IMG/VR virus record: IMGVR_UViG_3300026077_000001
From: a virus
Taxonomy: Duplodnaviria > Caudoviricetes
Strand: one strand, 5' to 3'
Length of the DNA stretch: 64,000 nucleotides
Part shown: in pieces, positions 34,476 to 48,500 of the stretch
Layout: the number at the start of each line of letters is the position of its first letter
Numbering within the stretch: position 1 is the stretch's first letter
Position numbers and translations under genes: made by a program
Notes under the pieces: model-generated
Database searches by the model: none
Told to the model about the DNA's origin: nothing
What the model saw: the letters and a program-made list of their open reading frames with translations, nothing else

Positions 34476-36559
34476 TGGCAGCAATACCATCAAATTTAAC
34501 GTCTTTAGACTTTACGGAGATACGTGAATCCATTAGATCGTACCTGAGAACTAGAGATGAGTTCACAGATTATGATTTTGACGGATCTGCAGCATCATAT
34601 TTACTTGACGTTTTATCATATAACACATACTACGCTTCTTTCAACGCTAATATGGCGATGAATGAGGCATTTCTAGAGTCTGCAACTATTAGAGATAATG
34701 TTGTAAAGATTGCAAAGCAATTAAATTATACACCTAGATCTATTAAAGCACCAAAAGCTTGTGTACGATTTGCTATACAAACAGAACCTGTTGGATCTGG
34801 TACATCCTATCCTAGTACAGTATCTTTACAAGCTGGTGATGTTTTTGTATCTTCTGTAAGTGGACAAGGATTTACATTTACTTTACCATCAGCTTTACAA
34901 GCATCAGTTGATCAAAGTAGTGGTATTGCTGTTTTTAGTAAGGTGGTTATCAATCAAGGTAACACTATAGAGTATCAGTACACTGTTGACGATGTTAAGA
35001 AGCGAGATTACTTAATTCCTGCTGATCAGGTAGATACAGACCTTTTATCGGTCTCTATTTCACCCAATGCACAGTCTGAAGAGATTGATACATATAATTT
35101 GGTACAAAATATTGTTGATGTTGATGGTACTACTCGTGGATACTTCCTTGAGGAGACTGATGATCAACGTTATAGCGTAGTTTTTGGTGATGGAGTTATC
35201 TGTCGTCAGTTAATTGCGGGTGAAGTCATTAAATTAAAGTATGTACGTACTGAAGGAACAAAAGCTAACGGATGTAAGCAATTTAGTTTCATTGGTCGTG
35301 TGATAGACTCAGAAGGTCGCTTTGTATCTTCGTCTAATATCTCTCTGGTGACCATAGACGGTGCTCAGGATGGTGAAGACGTAGAAACTACCTTAAGTAT
35401 AAAATTCAACGCTCCTAGAGCGTTTAATAGTCAAAACAGAGCAGTAACTGAATCTGACTATGAATTTATTACTAAAAAAGTATACCCACAGGCAAAATCC
35501 GTTACTGCTTACGGTGGTGAACGTTTAAGTCCACCAGTTTACGGAAAAGTCTACATATCCATTCGTACGAAATCAGGTGCCTTACTTAATACAACAACCA
35601 AGAAGAGAATCAAGAACAATCTGCTTAAATACTCGATTGCAGCAATCGAACCTGTTATTGTCGATCCAATTACCCTATACATTAGACCAAAAACTTGGGC
35701 GTTCTTTGACGGTAATAAAACTACACTCTCAAATAATGAAGTTGCGTCTAAAGTTTTGGGAGCTGTCGATCAATACAATAGTCAAGCAGAATCTACTAGA
35801 TTCAATGGTCGCATTGACCTCAGTGCTTACCAATCGATGATAGATTCCTCTGATCCTTCGATCAGTGGAAATATCACTCATATGTCATTAGGTATGAACA
35901 TTGAGGGATTCAATTTTGGTCAAACATTTACACAGTGTATTGACTTTAATAATGAAATAGCAAATCCAAATGACCTTTCAGGTGGAAATAAAGGTTCAAC
36001 TGGTGCTGGAGATGGTACTTGTGTACCAAAATACTCCTCAGTGAAGACAGGTACCTTCTATTCCACAGGTTATACGGAAGGACTGTTAAATATACAGGGT
36101 GGTGTTAATGCTAACCAGATATCATCAACAAGTTTACTTACAAATGATACTACAGCATTATTACCCGTAAATATAAGAGATGACGGTTACGGAACTCTAA
36201 TTATGGTAACTAAAGTTGATGAAACTGAAGTTACTCTTAAAAAGAATGTAGGAACCGTTGATTATAAGAGTGGACAGGTCTGTGTTGGACCTGTTGACAT
36301 TGCTAGTACTCCTGATGGTACTAACAGGGTTCCTGTTACAGTTATCCCTGCTTCTGGCAATATTAACGTCGGTACAGGTTTAGATCCTACGATCTTTAAC
36401 CCAACTGTACAAACCATCGACTACACAATTGATGGAACTAACGTTCCAACCTTCGATCCGTTCGATTTCAACGCTATTAACTTCGATGGAAGCTCAATAA
36501 ATATCATTGATTACCCAACCACCGTCTTTGAGATTCCAGAATTTAATTCTTGTTTCTAA
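34475..36559 (+). CDS. gp6: Baseplate wedge subunit gp6
   Basis: LDFTEIR, FTDYDFDGS, LSYNTYY, EAFLESA, QNRAVTESDY, AYGGE; immediately follows gp25. Confidence 0.92.
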   Translation: MAAIPSNLTSLDFTEIRESIRSYLRTRDEFTDYDFDGSAASYLLDVLSYNTYYASFNANMAMNEAFLESATIRDNVVKIAKQLNYTPRSIKAPKACVRFAIQTEPVGSGTSYPSTVSLQAGDVFVSSVSGQGFTFTLPSALQASVDQSSGIAVFSKVVINQGNTIEYQYTVDDVKKRDYLIPADQVDTDLLSVSISPNAQSEEIDTYNLVQNIVDVDGTTRGYFLEETDDQRYSVVFGDGVICRQLIAGEVIKLKYVRTEGTKANGCKQFSFIGRVIDSEGRFVSSSNISLVTIDGAQDGEDVETTLSIKFNAPRAFNSQNRAVTESDYEFITKKVYPQAKSVTAYGGERLSPPVYGKVYISIRTKSGALLNTTTKKRIKNNLLKYSIAAIEPVIVDPITLYIRPKTWAFFDGNKTTLSNNEVASKVLGAVDQYNSQAESTRFNGRIDLSAYQSMIDSSDPSISGNITHMSLGMNIEGFNFGQTFTQCIDFNNEIANPNDLSGGNKGSTGAGDGTCVPKYSSVKTGTFYSTGYTEGLLNIQGGVNANQISSTSLLTNDTTALLPVNIRDDGYGTLIMVTKVDETEVTLKKNVGTVDYKSGQVCVGPVDIASTPDGTNRVPVTVIPASGNINVGTGLDPTIFNPTVQTIDYTIDGTNVPTFDPFDFNAINFDGSSINIIDYPTTVFEIPEFNSCF

Positions 36560-36586
36560 GACAATAAAATAGCAGAATAACAGCAG

Positions 36587-39500
36587 ATGAAGGCTATTAC
36601 CGTCTCAAATAGGGTGCAGGACCAGATACCTGCATTCATACGAGAAGATAACGAACAATTTGTCAATCTTCTTTCAGAATACTATAGATCTCAAGAGAAA
36701 TCAGGTCGTCCGTATGACATACTGAATAATATCTTAAGATACACTGATATAGGTTCTGGAGAGTTTGATCCTAATTTCCTATCTTCACAATCTGCTGTGT
36801 TGGAGAAGGTTGATCCTACTCAAAAGGATATTGTTGCTGAGAACGTTAATTATTTCTTAGAGAAAGATGGTACGGTACAAATTGATAATGAGGTAATTTA
36901 TTACGAGTCTGTTACTCATTCTCCTGACATTGTATTCACTCCTGGTGTTAATAAGGCAGAATTTGATCGTAAAATACAAGAATTTGAACCAATATCTTCA
37001 CAATTTGATAATAGTCAGACTTTATTTAATCTTAGACTTTTAGGTAAGCCAGTTTCACCACAAACTGCTGATCATCTCTTAGTTGTTGTAAATAACGAAT
37101 TTTTATTCCCAAATATCGACTATTTTATCGAAGGTGATAAGATACGTCTTCAGAACCCTCCTGCTCCCCCTACAGGAGAACTTACAGGTGCTATTAATAC
37201 TATTCGGTACCTTATTGGTTACACAAGCATCCCAGTACGTTCTATAGACACTATTACTGTTAGTGGTGATTCTAAAGAATTTAATTTAACGAACAATAAT
37301 AACAAATATACTCCATTATCAACTGTTTCAACTATAGTTGTTGTAGACAGAGTAGAAAAGCGTCCTTATGAAGATTTTACTATCTTCGAAGATAAGTTAA
37401 TATTCAAGAATGATGTTGCAGAGAATTCAGTCATAAATCTCAGATCTATTGAGATGATAGCACCTGAGTTCGGTGCTGGTGCTACTGCTATTGCAGATAT
37501 TGAACAAGGTGTTGTAGATAAGGTTATTGTTAAGAATGGTGGTAGTGGATATAGACTAAGTTTTGCTCCAAAGATCAGTATTGCGTCTACTAAAGGTCCA
37601 GGATTCGGTGCTACTGCTGAAGCATTAGTAAATGGTATTAAAGATACTAGATTACTCTTTTCAGGACAAGGTTACTCTGCTAACAACCCTCCTATCGTTG
37701 TAGTTGACCCTCCAGTGGATCCTGAAGGCAAGACTGCTCAAATTAGGGCAATTGTTGATGATTCTATTGAAGGGGTCTCACAACTCATTGTAGACAGTTC
37801 TGGAAGTGGTTACGATAAGATTCCATCTATCAGTTTTGTTAATCCTGGTGGTGCAACCATTACTCAACCAACACTTCACACAGGATCCATCCAAGATGGG
37901 TCTATCACTGTTGTAGAGAAGGGTTCTGGATACACAACTCCTCCTTTGGTTTATTTGGATCTACCAACTGGTGATAATGCTATAAGAGCAAACGTTGTTG
38001 CAACTATTGATCAATATGGACGTGTTAATGGAATTACTGTTGTATCAGGTGGACAAGGATATGTAACAACACCTAGGGCAAAGATTATCGATCCTGTAGG
38101 TGCTCAAATACTTGATGTTTCAGTTACTGGTGGTAGAGTTACTAATATTGAACTATTAACTGGTGGTGCAGGTTATACTGATGCTCCATCTGTGTATATT
38201 GTTGATAATAGGAAGGATATTGCTGGTGCACCAGCTGGTGGTACTGGAGCAACTGCTGTTGCAACCATATTCAACGGAGAGATTACTGATATCAATATAA
38301 CCAGTTTTGGAAGTGGATACTCTTCTGCAGAACCACCTAAAGTCTTTATCGCTGCTCCACCTGCTCCAGAAGCGTCTTGTGACGTTGGATTTGGTGAGAT
38401 TACTGGATTTACCATCCATAATGGTGGATCTGGATATCAACCATCTGCTTTTGTTAATTGTAAGCGTGGTGTTTCATCTGTAAGTTCATTTGATCAGAAA
38501 GGTAATCAAGTTTACTCTAAAGAAGCGGATACTGTTCAGTCTTCTCACGAGGTTGGGTCTACAATACATAACCTCGATACACTATTTGCTAAGGAATTAT
38601 ACAGAAGGTACGTAAATCAATATCTTCCTAATGCGGAAATTGACTATGAAAAGGTAAATGCTCCGCAAATTATCAAGACTATTAGTGATTTCTACGCATC
38701 TAAAGGTACGAAGATCTCTACACAGTACCTCTTTAAGATGCTATTCTCTGAAAATGTGGATGTATCTTATCCAAAAGATGAGGTTATTAAGCCATCTGCT
38801 GCATCTTGGAACGTAGATACAGTACTTCGTGCGGAACTTATGAGTGGAGATCCATCTGATCTTCTAGATGCACAGTTAATTCAGTATGTAGATCAGGTAG
38901 ATATCAATGTTAAAGGTGCATCTGCACTGATTGAGAACGTTATATCCATCAATACTGGTGTAGGAACCATATATGAACTTGCTATATCCGAGGAAACACT
39001 ACAAGGTACATTCACTATACCTTACAAAACAACCCTTGTAGAATCACTTAACACTACAGAATCGATCATTACTGTTGACTCTACGATTGGTTGGCCTGAA
39101 AGAAACGGTACAATCCTTATTAATGACAATGAGGAGGTACAGTACAAGGAGAAGACTCTTAACCAGTTCATCGAATGTACACGTTCTGAGAACGGTGTTG
39201 TGGAGGATTGGGACGCAGGTACCACAATTTACTCAGAAATTTTTGTATATGTGAATCGTGGTCTTCCAAATGAGATAAAAATGCGTGTTTTGGGTATTGC
39301 AGATGCAAAATCCACCGTATTGACCAACACAGGATCATATTACTTACCAGGTGACAAACTAAACGTTGCTTCTCTTGGATCTACTTCTGTTGATCAACGT
39401 ATCACTTCTTGGTTGTATAACGTTAAGAAACTGATCAATGTTACTGGAATTGTACCTGGCGGACTTAATAACCAGACTGCAACCGTAACTTGCTCTAATA

Positions 39501-42500
39501 AGCACGGTCTTCTTGTTGGTGACACTGTTACTATCTACGGTGCAAACCCAACTGTGTTCAACGGTACGTTCCTAGTAACATCACGTATTAGTGATTTTAT
39601 CTTTGAGTATAACATTCCTGCACCTGCAGATGCTTCACCTCAAGGTAATATCCTCTTATCTGTTGACTTGAACAAAGGTAAGTCTCCAGAAGAGGGAATT
39701 AGTATTGCAATTAGAGATTTTACTACAAACGTACAGAATACATTCTTCAACAATACGTATGCTTACATAGCATCTTCTGGTATTCCTAACTATGAGGTTG
39801 GTCCTTTTGTTGGATCTGCACTACTTCCAGGTAACCAGCGTAAGTTAATCCGTATTCCTAGAGTTATCAATACGATTTCCAAACGTGATGATACCAACTT
39901 TGGTCCTATTGGTGCGTGGGTTAATGGTGTATCTGCGTGGTCATATAAGTCAGAAACCAAGATTAAGTATGGTGGTGTAATTGGAATTAATATTACTAAT
40001 GTTGGACAGGGATATGATGCAGCGAATCCTCCTATTATTGAAATTAGTGGAGGAAATGGTACAGGTGCTACTGCTAGTGTTGTTGTTAACGGACAATTAA
40101 GTGAAATTGATGTTTCTGCGGGGGGTACTGGTTACACTTCTAGTCCTCTTGTTTCTATCGTGGGTGGTGGTGGATTCGGTGCAACTGCTACTGCTGTTAT
40201 TACTAATGGTATAGTTTCTAAGATTCTTGTTGAAAACCCAGGTCAAGGATACACTTCTCAACCTGATGTCTCTATTTCAGGTGGAAATGGTACAGGTGCT
40301 ACCGCAACTGCACGTGTAAGAGGTCCAATTCAATCTGTAAGTGTAGATAATGCAGGTTCATCTTATACTGAATCTCCTACTATTAAGTTAAACTCTGGTG
40401 AAGGTGCTGTTGCACAAGCAATCATTATTAACGGTCGTATAGTTTCTATTGCTATCATTGCTGCAGGTAAGGGATATACCACTGCTCCTGAGATTGTAAT
40501 CAATGGTGATGGTTATGGTGCTGTTGCAAAAGCAAGTATTGGTACTGTTGGTGAAGATAGAGGTAAGGTCATTGGTGTTACTGTGGTCAATAGAGGTATT
40601 GGTTACACTACTGGACTCACAACTGTTAGATTAGAAGCAGTCGGTGAAATGGCAACATTTACTGCAAATGTGTTTGAGTGGACAAGAAACCTACAAGATG
40701 AGTTAGGTCAATCTTTCGATACAGCACGTGGTTACGTATTTGCAGGATATAACACTCAATATGGTGGTGAATACGCACATTTATCAGATCCTAAGCAGTT
40801 GCGTTATGTTTTGGGTGATAATGTCTTTAAGAACCAAGCAACACAACAATTACAAGAATTATCTACAGGATGGCAACACTCACCAATCCTCGGATGGGCA
40901 TTTGATGGTAACCCCATTTATGGTCCTTATGGTTACATAGATGCTACTGACCAGTCTTCTGGTATACGTCGTATTAGATCTTCTTACCGTATCAAGCCAA
41001 TTCTAATATATGACCTAGCAACCAACCCTAATCCAGTTCGTTCAGATGGTCCTTTACTAAGTGACTATCCTGCAGGTTCATTTATCGAAGATTTTGAGTA
41101 TACTTTCCAATATGGTGATCTAGACCAGTATAATGGTCGTTTCTGTAAGACACCTCAATTCCCTGAAGGTGTATACGCATACTTTATCTCAATTGACGCA
41201 TCTGATGCAGGTAATCCAGTATTCCCATATATTGCTGGTCCTCAGTTATATTCTAAGGCAGATGAGTGGAACTACAGTCAGGATGCTGTACAGACAAATA
41301 TTCCTGATGATGTTGTTCGTTTCCGTGATCCTTACGAAGATGTTGATATTGATATTGAACGTCAACCAAACCAAGACACTGATATCCTTGTAACTGAACT
41401 TGGTGAGGAACTTATCTTTGAAATTGAAGATACTAATAGAGACGGTGTAATCAATAACCTTGAAGATACTACACCAATCAATATCGCTGAAGAACCAGTA
41501 TTACAATTATTTGATTACTACCCTAGAGTCTCTACAAGATCTGAGGTGGATATTGATATTGAGACTACTACCAAGTTTGAGGATGCTCAGGTTGATGGAT
41601 TTGTTGTTGAGAACCCAGGTATCTCTTATAAGGTTGGTGACAAACTATATTTTGATAATACAGACACACAAGGATTTGGTGCATCTGCTAAGGTTAATTC
41701 AGTTAAAGGTCTTGATGTAGCAGGTTATTCGTCTTATATGACTAATGACGTACCTTACGGACAAATTACAACTGCTACTGAACACGAATTACGTGCTAAC
41801 GATGAAATTATCGTTAAGAGCACACCTGTTCTTGATGATACTAATAAAACTCTTAAAGTTAAGGTTATTGCTGGTGTAGAGCAATTAAACATTACACAGG
41901 AAGGTGTTGGTTATTCTTCTGAACTTCCTCCAACATATGAACTAATTTCTACAATTGGACAAGATTTCAAGTTAACTTTAGAAAGAACTGAAGCGGGTGC
42001 TGTTAAGAAAGCAAATATAATCAACTCTGGTTCTGGATATGACTCAACAAATCCACCTAAGATTCGTGTATCACATCCACAGAGATATAAGAAGGCAAAT
42101 TACTTCTTATCATTCTTGAATGAAGCAACTGGTACTGTTTCTATAAATGACGTTCAAGTTGCTGATGATCGTACTATCTACGTTGCTGCTGAAAGAAATC
42201 TTGCTGATGGTGATACTTGTGGTATTCTTGCTAAGTTTAATAGTGATGGTCGTTTACTTTGGCAGAGAACCCTAGTACCTACAGTACCTTCTGGTCCAAA
42301 ATCACTAAGATGGAAGTCTTTATATGTTGAGAATAGTAATCCTCATAATATCTACGTAATTGGTGAGACAGTTACTAACATCACAAATATTACTTACAAC
42401 CCAGATATTGTTGTTGCTAAGTATACTTCAGGATTTGATAATGCAAATAACCCTGATGGTATTCTTCAGTGGCAACGTGATATTGCTGGTATCTCTGGTG

Positions 42501-45500
42501 CTACAAGAAGAGATTATGCAACTACTATTTCATTAGATCAAGACGGTAGAACTATGATCGGTGGTTATACCGATGCTAACTCCTTGCAACCAGATGATAT
42601 GTGGGTTGCATTATTAGATCTTGATGGATCTATGATGGAGAAACGTAAGATTGCTTCTACTGATGTTAGTGAGCATTTACATCAGATAAAGTGGAAATCT
42701 AAGGATACCTTCCTATTCTGTGGTGTATCTGAACCTGATAATACATCTGACATCATAATTGGTGAAACTTATTATGATACTGCAACTATTGAGGTTGTAT
42801 GGTCTAAAAAAATCACTAATGCCAGTTATAAGTTTAAGAACCCAACATTCACCATTGATGAATATGGTGCTGTATATGTAACTGCTACAGCAGAAGATAC
42901 TAATGGTAAGGATTATGGTGTTTTATACACCAAGTTTGATGATGGTGACTTTACAGCAGCTGAGCAAAGTAGAATATTTGTTCCTACTGGAACCTATAAT
43001 GCTGTTCATAATGGTGGTGTAGAGTTTGATATCTTTGGTAATGTTGATGTATCTTGTTCTGTAGAAAGAGCATTTAATCAAGTTGAATCCACTACTCTTA
43101 AGATTGGTTGGAATACAGGTACAGTAATTACTGCTTCAACTGCAACTGAGACTGATGGTATTGGATTTAAAGCAATTGCTGTATCTAACGACAGTTCTGG
43201 TGACACAATTGTTGTTGGTAATAAGGTAGAAGCAGATCAGTTAGCGATATTTAACTGGAATACTGCTGATAACCTTGCTGATGACACATATAATGATACT
43301 CTTGCTACTGGAACTAACAAACAGTGGTATGCAACTGGTAATGCTGTAATTGATGATACTAAGAAGTATGATGGTGCTTCTTCAGTAAAACTAGATGCAT
43401 CTAATGCTATGACGATGCTCTATGGATCAGATGTTGCTACAAGCTATACTGTAGAAGCATTTTGGGCACTTTCAACTGCTCAGTATACTGCTGCTAACAC
43501 AAAACCAGAATTCTTCACTGTAACTGATGCTATAGGTAATACAGTTAAAGCTGGTCTTGATGCAGATCAGACAAGTCCCAACTATGGTAAGACTTGGATT
43601 GATATAACTGGTACTACAACATTCTCCACTGCTGCAAACTACCTAGCAATCTTTAATAACGAGGAGTTTATTCACGTTGCTTTAGTTAAAGATCGTGTAG
43701 GTGTTGGTGATTACAAGTATCGTGTATATGTTAATGGTATTGAAACACAGGTACTTACAAGTACAACAGTTGATATTAACCTTAAAGATGTAACAATTGG
43801 ATCTAATTCAACTCCTAACGCAACAAATAACTGGATTGGATGGATTGATAACCTAGTTGTCTCACCTACTGCTAAGTATGATGATACATTTACTTCTGCT
43901 TTAGTTACTGGTACTAATAGTATTGCACAAGGATTTGTTTATAAGATTGATAAGGACAAGACAGCATTAGGATCATTCAATCTTAACGATGTTGAGACAG
44001 GACATACCTTTAATATCGCCTCTGAGAGCAATTATACGTTTAATACCCAGAACGTTGCAATGAATCCTTGGACTATTGGTCCTGCTGGTATTCAAATTCT
44101 TGATTATGGTGATGTTATTTCTACACATCAGCCTGGTATATTCACTGTATCGTCAACAGATCAGTCATTTGGTAACAGAACTGCTACTATTCCGACTCCT
44201 GGTGGTAAGAAACTACTTCTTACAACGACTGTTGTACCAAAATTCTACTTTAGAGACGCAAAATATCAGTTAATTGACCTTGTTAAGACAATTAACTTCA
44301 ATCAGGCTGCTACTTTCACTAAGGGATCTATATTACAACAGTATTCAGTCATTGGTGGTAACGATGTTGTCTCTGGATATGGAACAATTGTTGAAGTTGG
44401 AACTCAATCTTGCAAGATTGGTAAGATTGCAGGTAGTTTTGACACTACAAAACTAGTAAAATCAACTGCTAATGATGTAAATGACCTTGAATGGAACTTT
44501 ACAGAGCAAAAGACTGACCCAATTTGGGCAACTAACTTTGTATATGCACAAGAAGACATAGTTTACAACGATAAGAAGCTATATCAGTGTACCTCTCCTG
44601 GTACATCTGGTACTATTGCACCTACTCATACAACTGGTATTGTATCTGATGGTGCTGTTTCTTGGGCATATTTGTCTGCATCTGGCATATATGAGGTAGA
44701 TTTAGCAAATACTTCATATAGTGGTTCTACTTTAGGTGCATTTGCTTCTTGGAAAGAATTCTCAGCTGAGGATTACACTATCAAGATCGAAGAAATATAT
44801 CAAGACTCTTCATTCATTAAAGGAGATACCATTGATGCCGATGCTGTTAATCTTCAGTTTGCTGTTGATGCTACTGGTAAGATTGCAACATTCACTGGTT
44901 TGACTGGTGTTAAGAAGATATCCTTGATTGCACAACTTAATAAGGACGTAATTCCTAGTGGTTCATTAGTAAATACTGACCTTGTTTACTGTTCTGCTTC
45001 TAGTAGACACAATTTTGTAGAAAATGAGATCATATTTACAGAGAACTTTGCTACAAATGACTATAATGGTTCGTTCTTCGTAGAAGAGGTCTTTAACTCA
45101 AGAGACTTCTCATTCCGTATGAGAGGTACTGCTGTACAGGATCCAACCTTTGCTGGTAGTGGAAATTCAGTATCTAACGTTAATATCTACGCAAAACATC
45201 CTAAATTCCTCTTTGTTAGAGGTCATCAGTACATATTTGACCTTGATGATGAATCTAACCTTGGATACTTCCTATCATTTTCTAGAGATAACCAGTATAA
45301 ACTGGAATATCCATTCATTAATATTATTAGAGAGGGTACACCTGGATTTACTGATGATGATTCACCAACTCCGTTGGTTAAATTCGTCATTAATGAGGAT
45401 GTTACTAATATTTCATATTACTTTGACCCATCTAGAACAGGTGCAGATTCACCAGTTGGAGAAGGATCCTTCATTGACGTTATTAAATCTCCTTATGATG

Positions 45501-48500
45501 GCACATTCAGAGTTACTTCTGTAACCGATGCTGGTAAAAAATTCGCCTTTAGACTATTAAATGAACCTGAAAAGACAAATGCTCCTGTTGGTAATAATGA
45601 ATTTGGCAATGCTCGTTCTTCTTACTCAACAACCTCAGTTAAGGCAATTGGTCCAATATCTGATATCAAACTTGTAAATGCAGGTGGATTCTATCAGAGA
45701 CTACCAATTGTTACTGATATTGCTTCTAACAGAGAAATTGAGAAGGTTAGAATCACAAATGGTGGTACTGAGTACGTAAATGGTGTTTACTATAACGTTC
45801 CTATTGATGGAGATGGTGAAGGTGCTATGTGCAACATCACTGTTCAAGATGACGGTGACTTTGAAGGTGTTATAACTGATGTTGTCCTTACATCTGCAGG
45901 TAAAGGTTATAAGACTGCTTCTATTGATGTAGATGCTATACCAGGTATCCTAGGACCTTTACTTGCAGGTTCTGGTGCAGTACTAGATGTTGTCATTCCT
46001 GATGAAGGATCAGGTGCATCTGTATTCTTACAAGGTAAATCAATTGGTAAGATCAAGAAACTTAAGAATAATGAGTTTGGTTTCGGTTATTCACACGATT
46101 ATACACTGAGACCTGAAATAACTTTCCCTGTGAACCTTCAGCTGTTTAATACCGCTTTACTCGCACAGATCAAGATAACTGACCCAGGTGCTGGATATAC
46201 TTCAGTTCCTGCTGTTGTAATTGAAGGTGGTGGTGGATCAGGTGCTAAGGCAGAAGCAATTGTTAAGAATAATCGTCTTTCTGAGGTTATTATTAAGGAT
46301 CCTGGCTCAGGATACAGTTCTGAACCTTCAGTTACACTTAAATCAGAATTTAACTACGTTGTTAACGTTGATTTAGGTTATTTACAGTTCAACTTCCCAC
46401 ACGGTATCACAACTGGTGCTGAAGTTCAGTTAAGAGCAGAAGACCTAGGATCAACCGTAGGTATTCTTCCAAAACCTAGTTCTGCAGGTTTGGTTAGCTT
46501 GAACTCAAATCAGACATACTATGCTATTGCTGGTGAAGCAAATTCACTTGAATCAGACCAATTACGTATCTCTCTAACCAAGTTAGATGCTGAATCTGGT
46601 TCTTATATCACATTCTTGACTCAAGGTGAAGGTAGACAGGTACTACTCACCGAGGTATTTGGTGGTAAAGCAACTGCTATCGTTGAAACTTCTAGATTCC
46701 TTGCAGGTGAACTTGTTTATCAGGGTACTTCACTTGAACTCGCATCTGCTACTGGTTATGTTTCTACTAACGAAGGTTGGCAGATTGGACCTAGAATCCT
46801 TAAACTTGAGAACTATGATGGTGTTTGGAGATCTGGAGAGCGTGTAACTGGTGAAGTTTCTCGTGCATCTGGTTTGATTGATAACCTATCAATCGCTACT
46901 GGTACACTGAATATTGCTTCTCTAACCAATACTCCTGGTCAATTTATCGATGACGTTGGTAAACCATCTGAAATTGTTCAAAAAATACAAGATTCTTACT
47001 TCTATCAGAACTTCTCATACGTTATTAAGTCTCAAACACCTATTAACCAGTGGAGAAAGCCTGTATTAGAAACAAACCACCCTGTTGGTTTCAACCTCTT
47101 CGGTGAACTAGCAATCACTGGTGGTAAGGATATTTCTGGAAGAAAGGTTGTATCTGACCTTATTAAAGAAGTTAATATCAATAGTTTCACTAATATTAAT
47201 CAAATTACATCATTTGCTAACGCACAACCCATTTATACTCAGTTTAATAATACTGAGGTACTGTTCAGACAGAAGAGATTAACTAACTCAGAGGAAATCT
47301 TAACCTCTATCGTTAAGAAGATTGATAACATCTCTGATGACTTTGATGGAATTAAAACCCAATTCCCTCTTAATGTAGAAGGTAGTTCCATAACTGCAGC
47401 AGATAATCAGATGTTTATCTTGATTAATGGTGTTGCACAGTCACCAGGTACTGCATTCTCAACAGCTGGACCTTCTGTTGTCTTTACTGAAGCACCTAAA
47501 GCACCTTCTAGAATTAAGTTCCGTGAAGCAGTTTATGCTCAGAAAGTAATCACTAGAATGACATTCAGTTCTATTGGTGGTATTTTCCCACTTTTAGGTA
47601 ATACTGTTCGTGGTTTGGTATCAGAAGCAACTGCAACTTGCATAGATTCAGGTGTTGACTATATTGACGTTATTGACATACAAGGAACCTTCCAACTTAA
47701 TGAAAGTATAATGGGTTCACAAACTGGATTCAATTCTACTTTAAGTGATGTTTCTCCTATAACTTCTAAGACTATCTACGAACAAGGTGAGAGAATCACT
47801 AATTTGGCTGGTAATTTTGCTATTATTGAAGAGAATAACTTACAAGATGGTGTTATTACTAATGAACTAGTTCTTTCACGTACTTCTGGTACTGCTAAGT
47901 ATGAGACTGGTGAATTTAATATCAAGTTCAATGATATCATTTATTCTGCACGTTCTAAGATTGCAGCAACTATTACAAGTATTGCACCTTATCAGGATGA
48001 TATATCTAACCAAATTATTGATCAGGTAGACCTATCACCTAGTTCTTCCTTCTTTGGATTAGTATTCCAGAGGGTACCTTCTATTACCTTCCCTAATAAG
48101 ATACTTGATAACATATCAGAAACAGTTATTAACCCTGTTGAACTATATGATCCTGAGACAGCTAATAACCAAGACTTCCTAGACTTTGAGAGAGTTCGTA
48201 ACCAAGAGATACGTTATGACAATTTAACTGGTACTGACTTTGCTGCTGGTTCTGACATTCGTCTTAAGAAGATTTACTTTGGTAATTCATCTCTAAGAAG
48301 GACTCACGATGTACGTCTTAATGATGCTTCTAACGCTTTGCAGCGTAATGCGAGATTTATCGCTGAAGAAGCCGTGGGAGCAATGTTAGATTTCTACCCC
48401 TCCTTCCAAATCAATACTGGTAGAAATGCAGATTGTGAAGATGATATTGTAGATGCTATCAATATGATGGCTTGGCAGTTAGAGTTTGATGGTAACTCTG

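Noticed and set aside
36496-36503. Late promoter AATAAATA upstream of gp7
   Set aside because: It lies inside gp6 coding sequence about 85 nt from the start, in AT-rich DNA. It is possible but not supportable.
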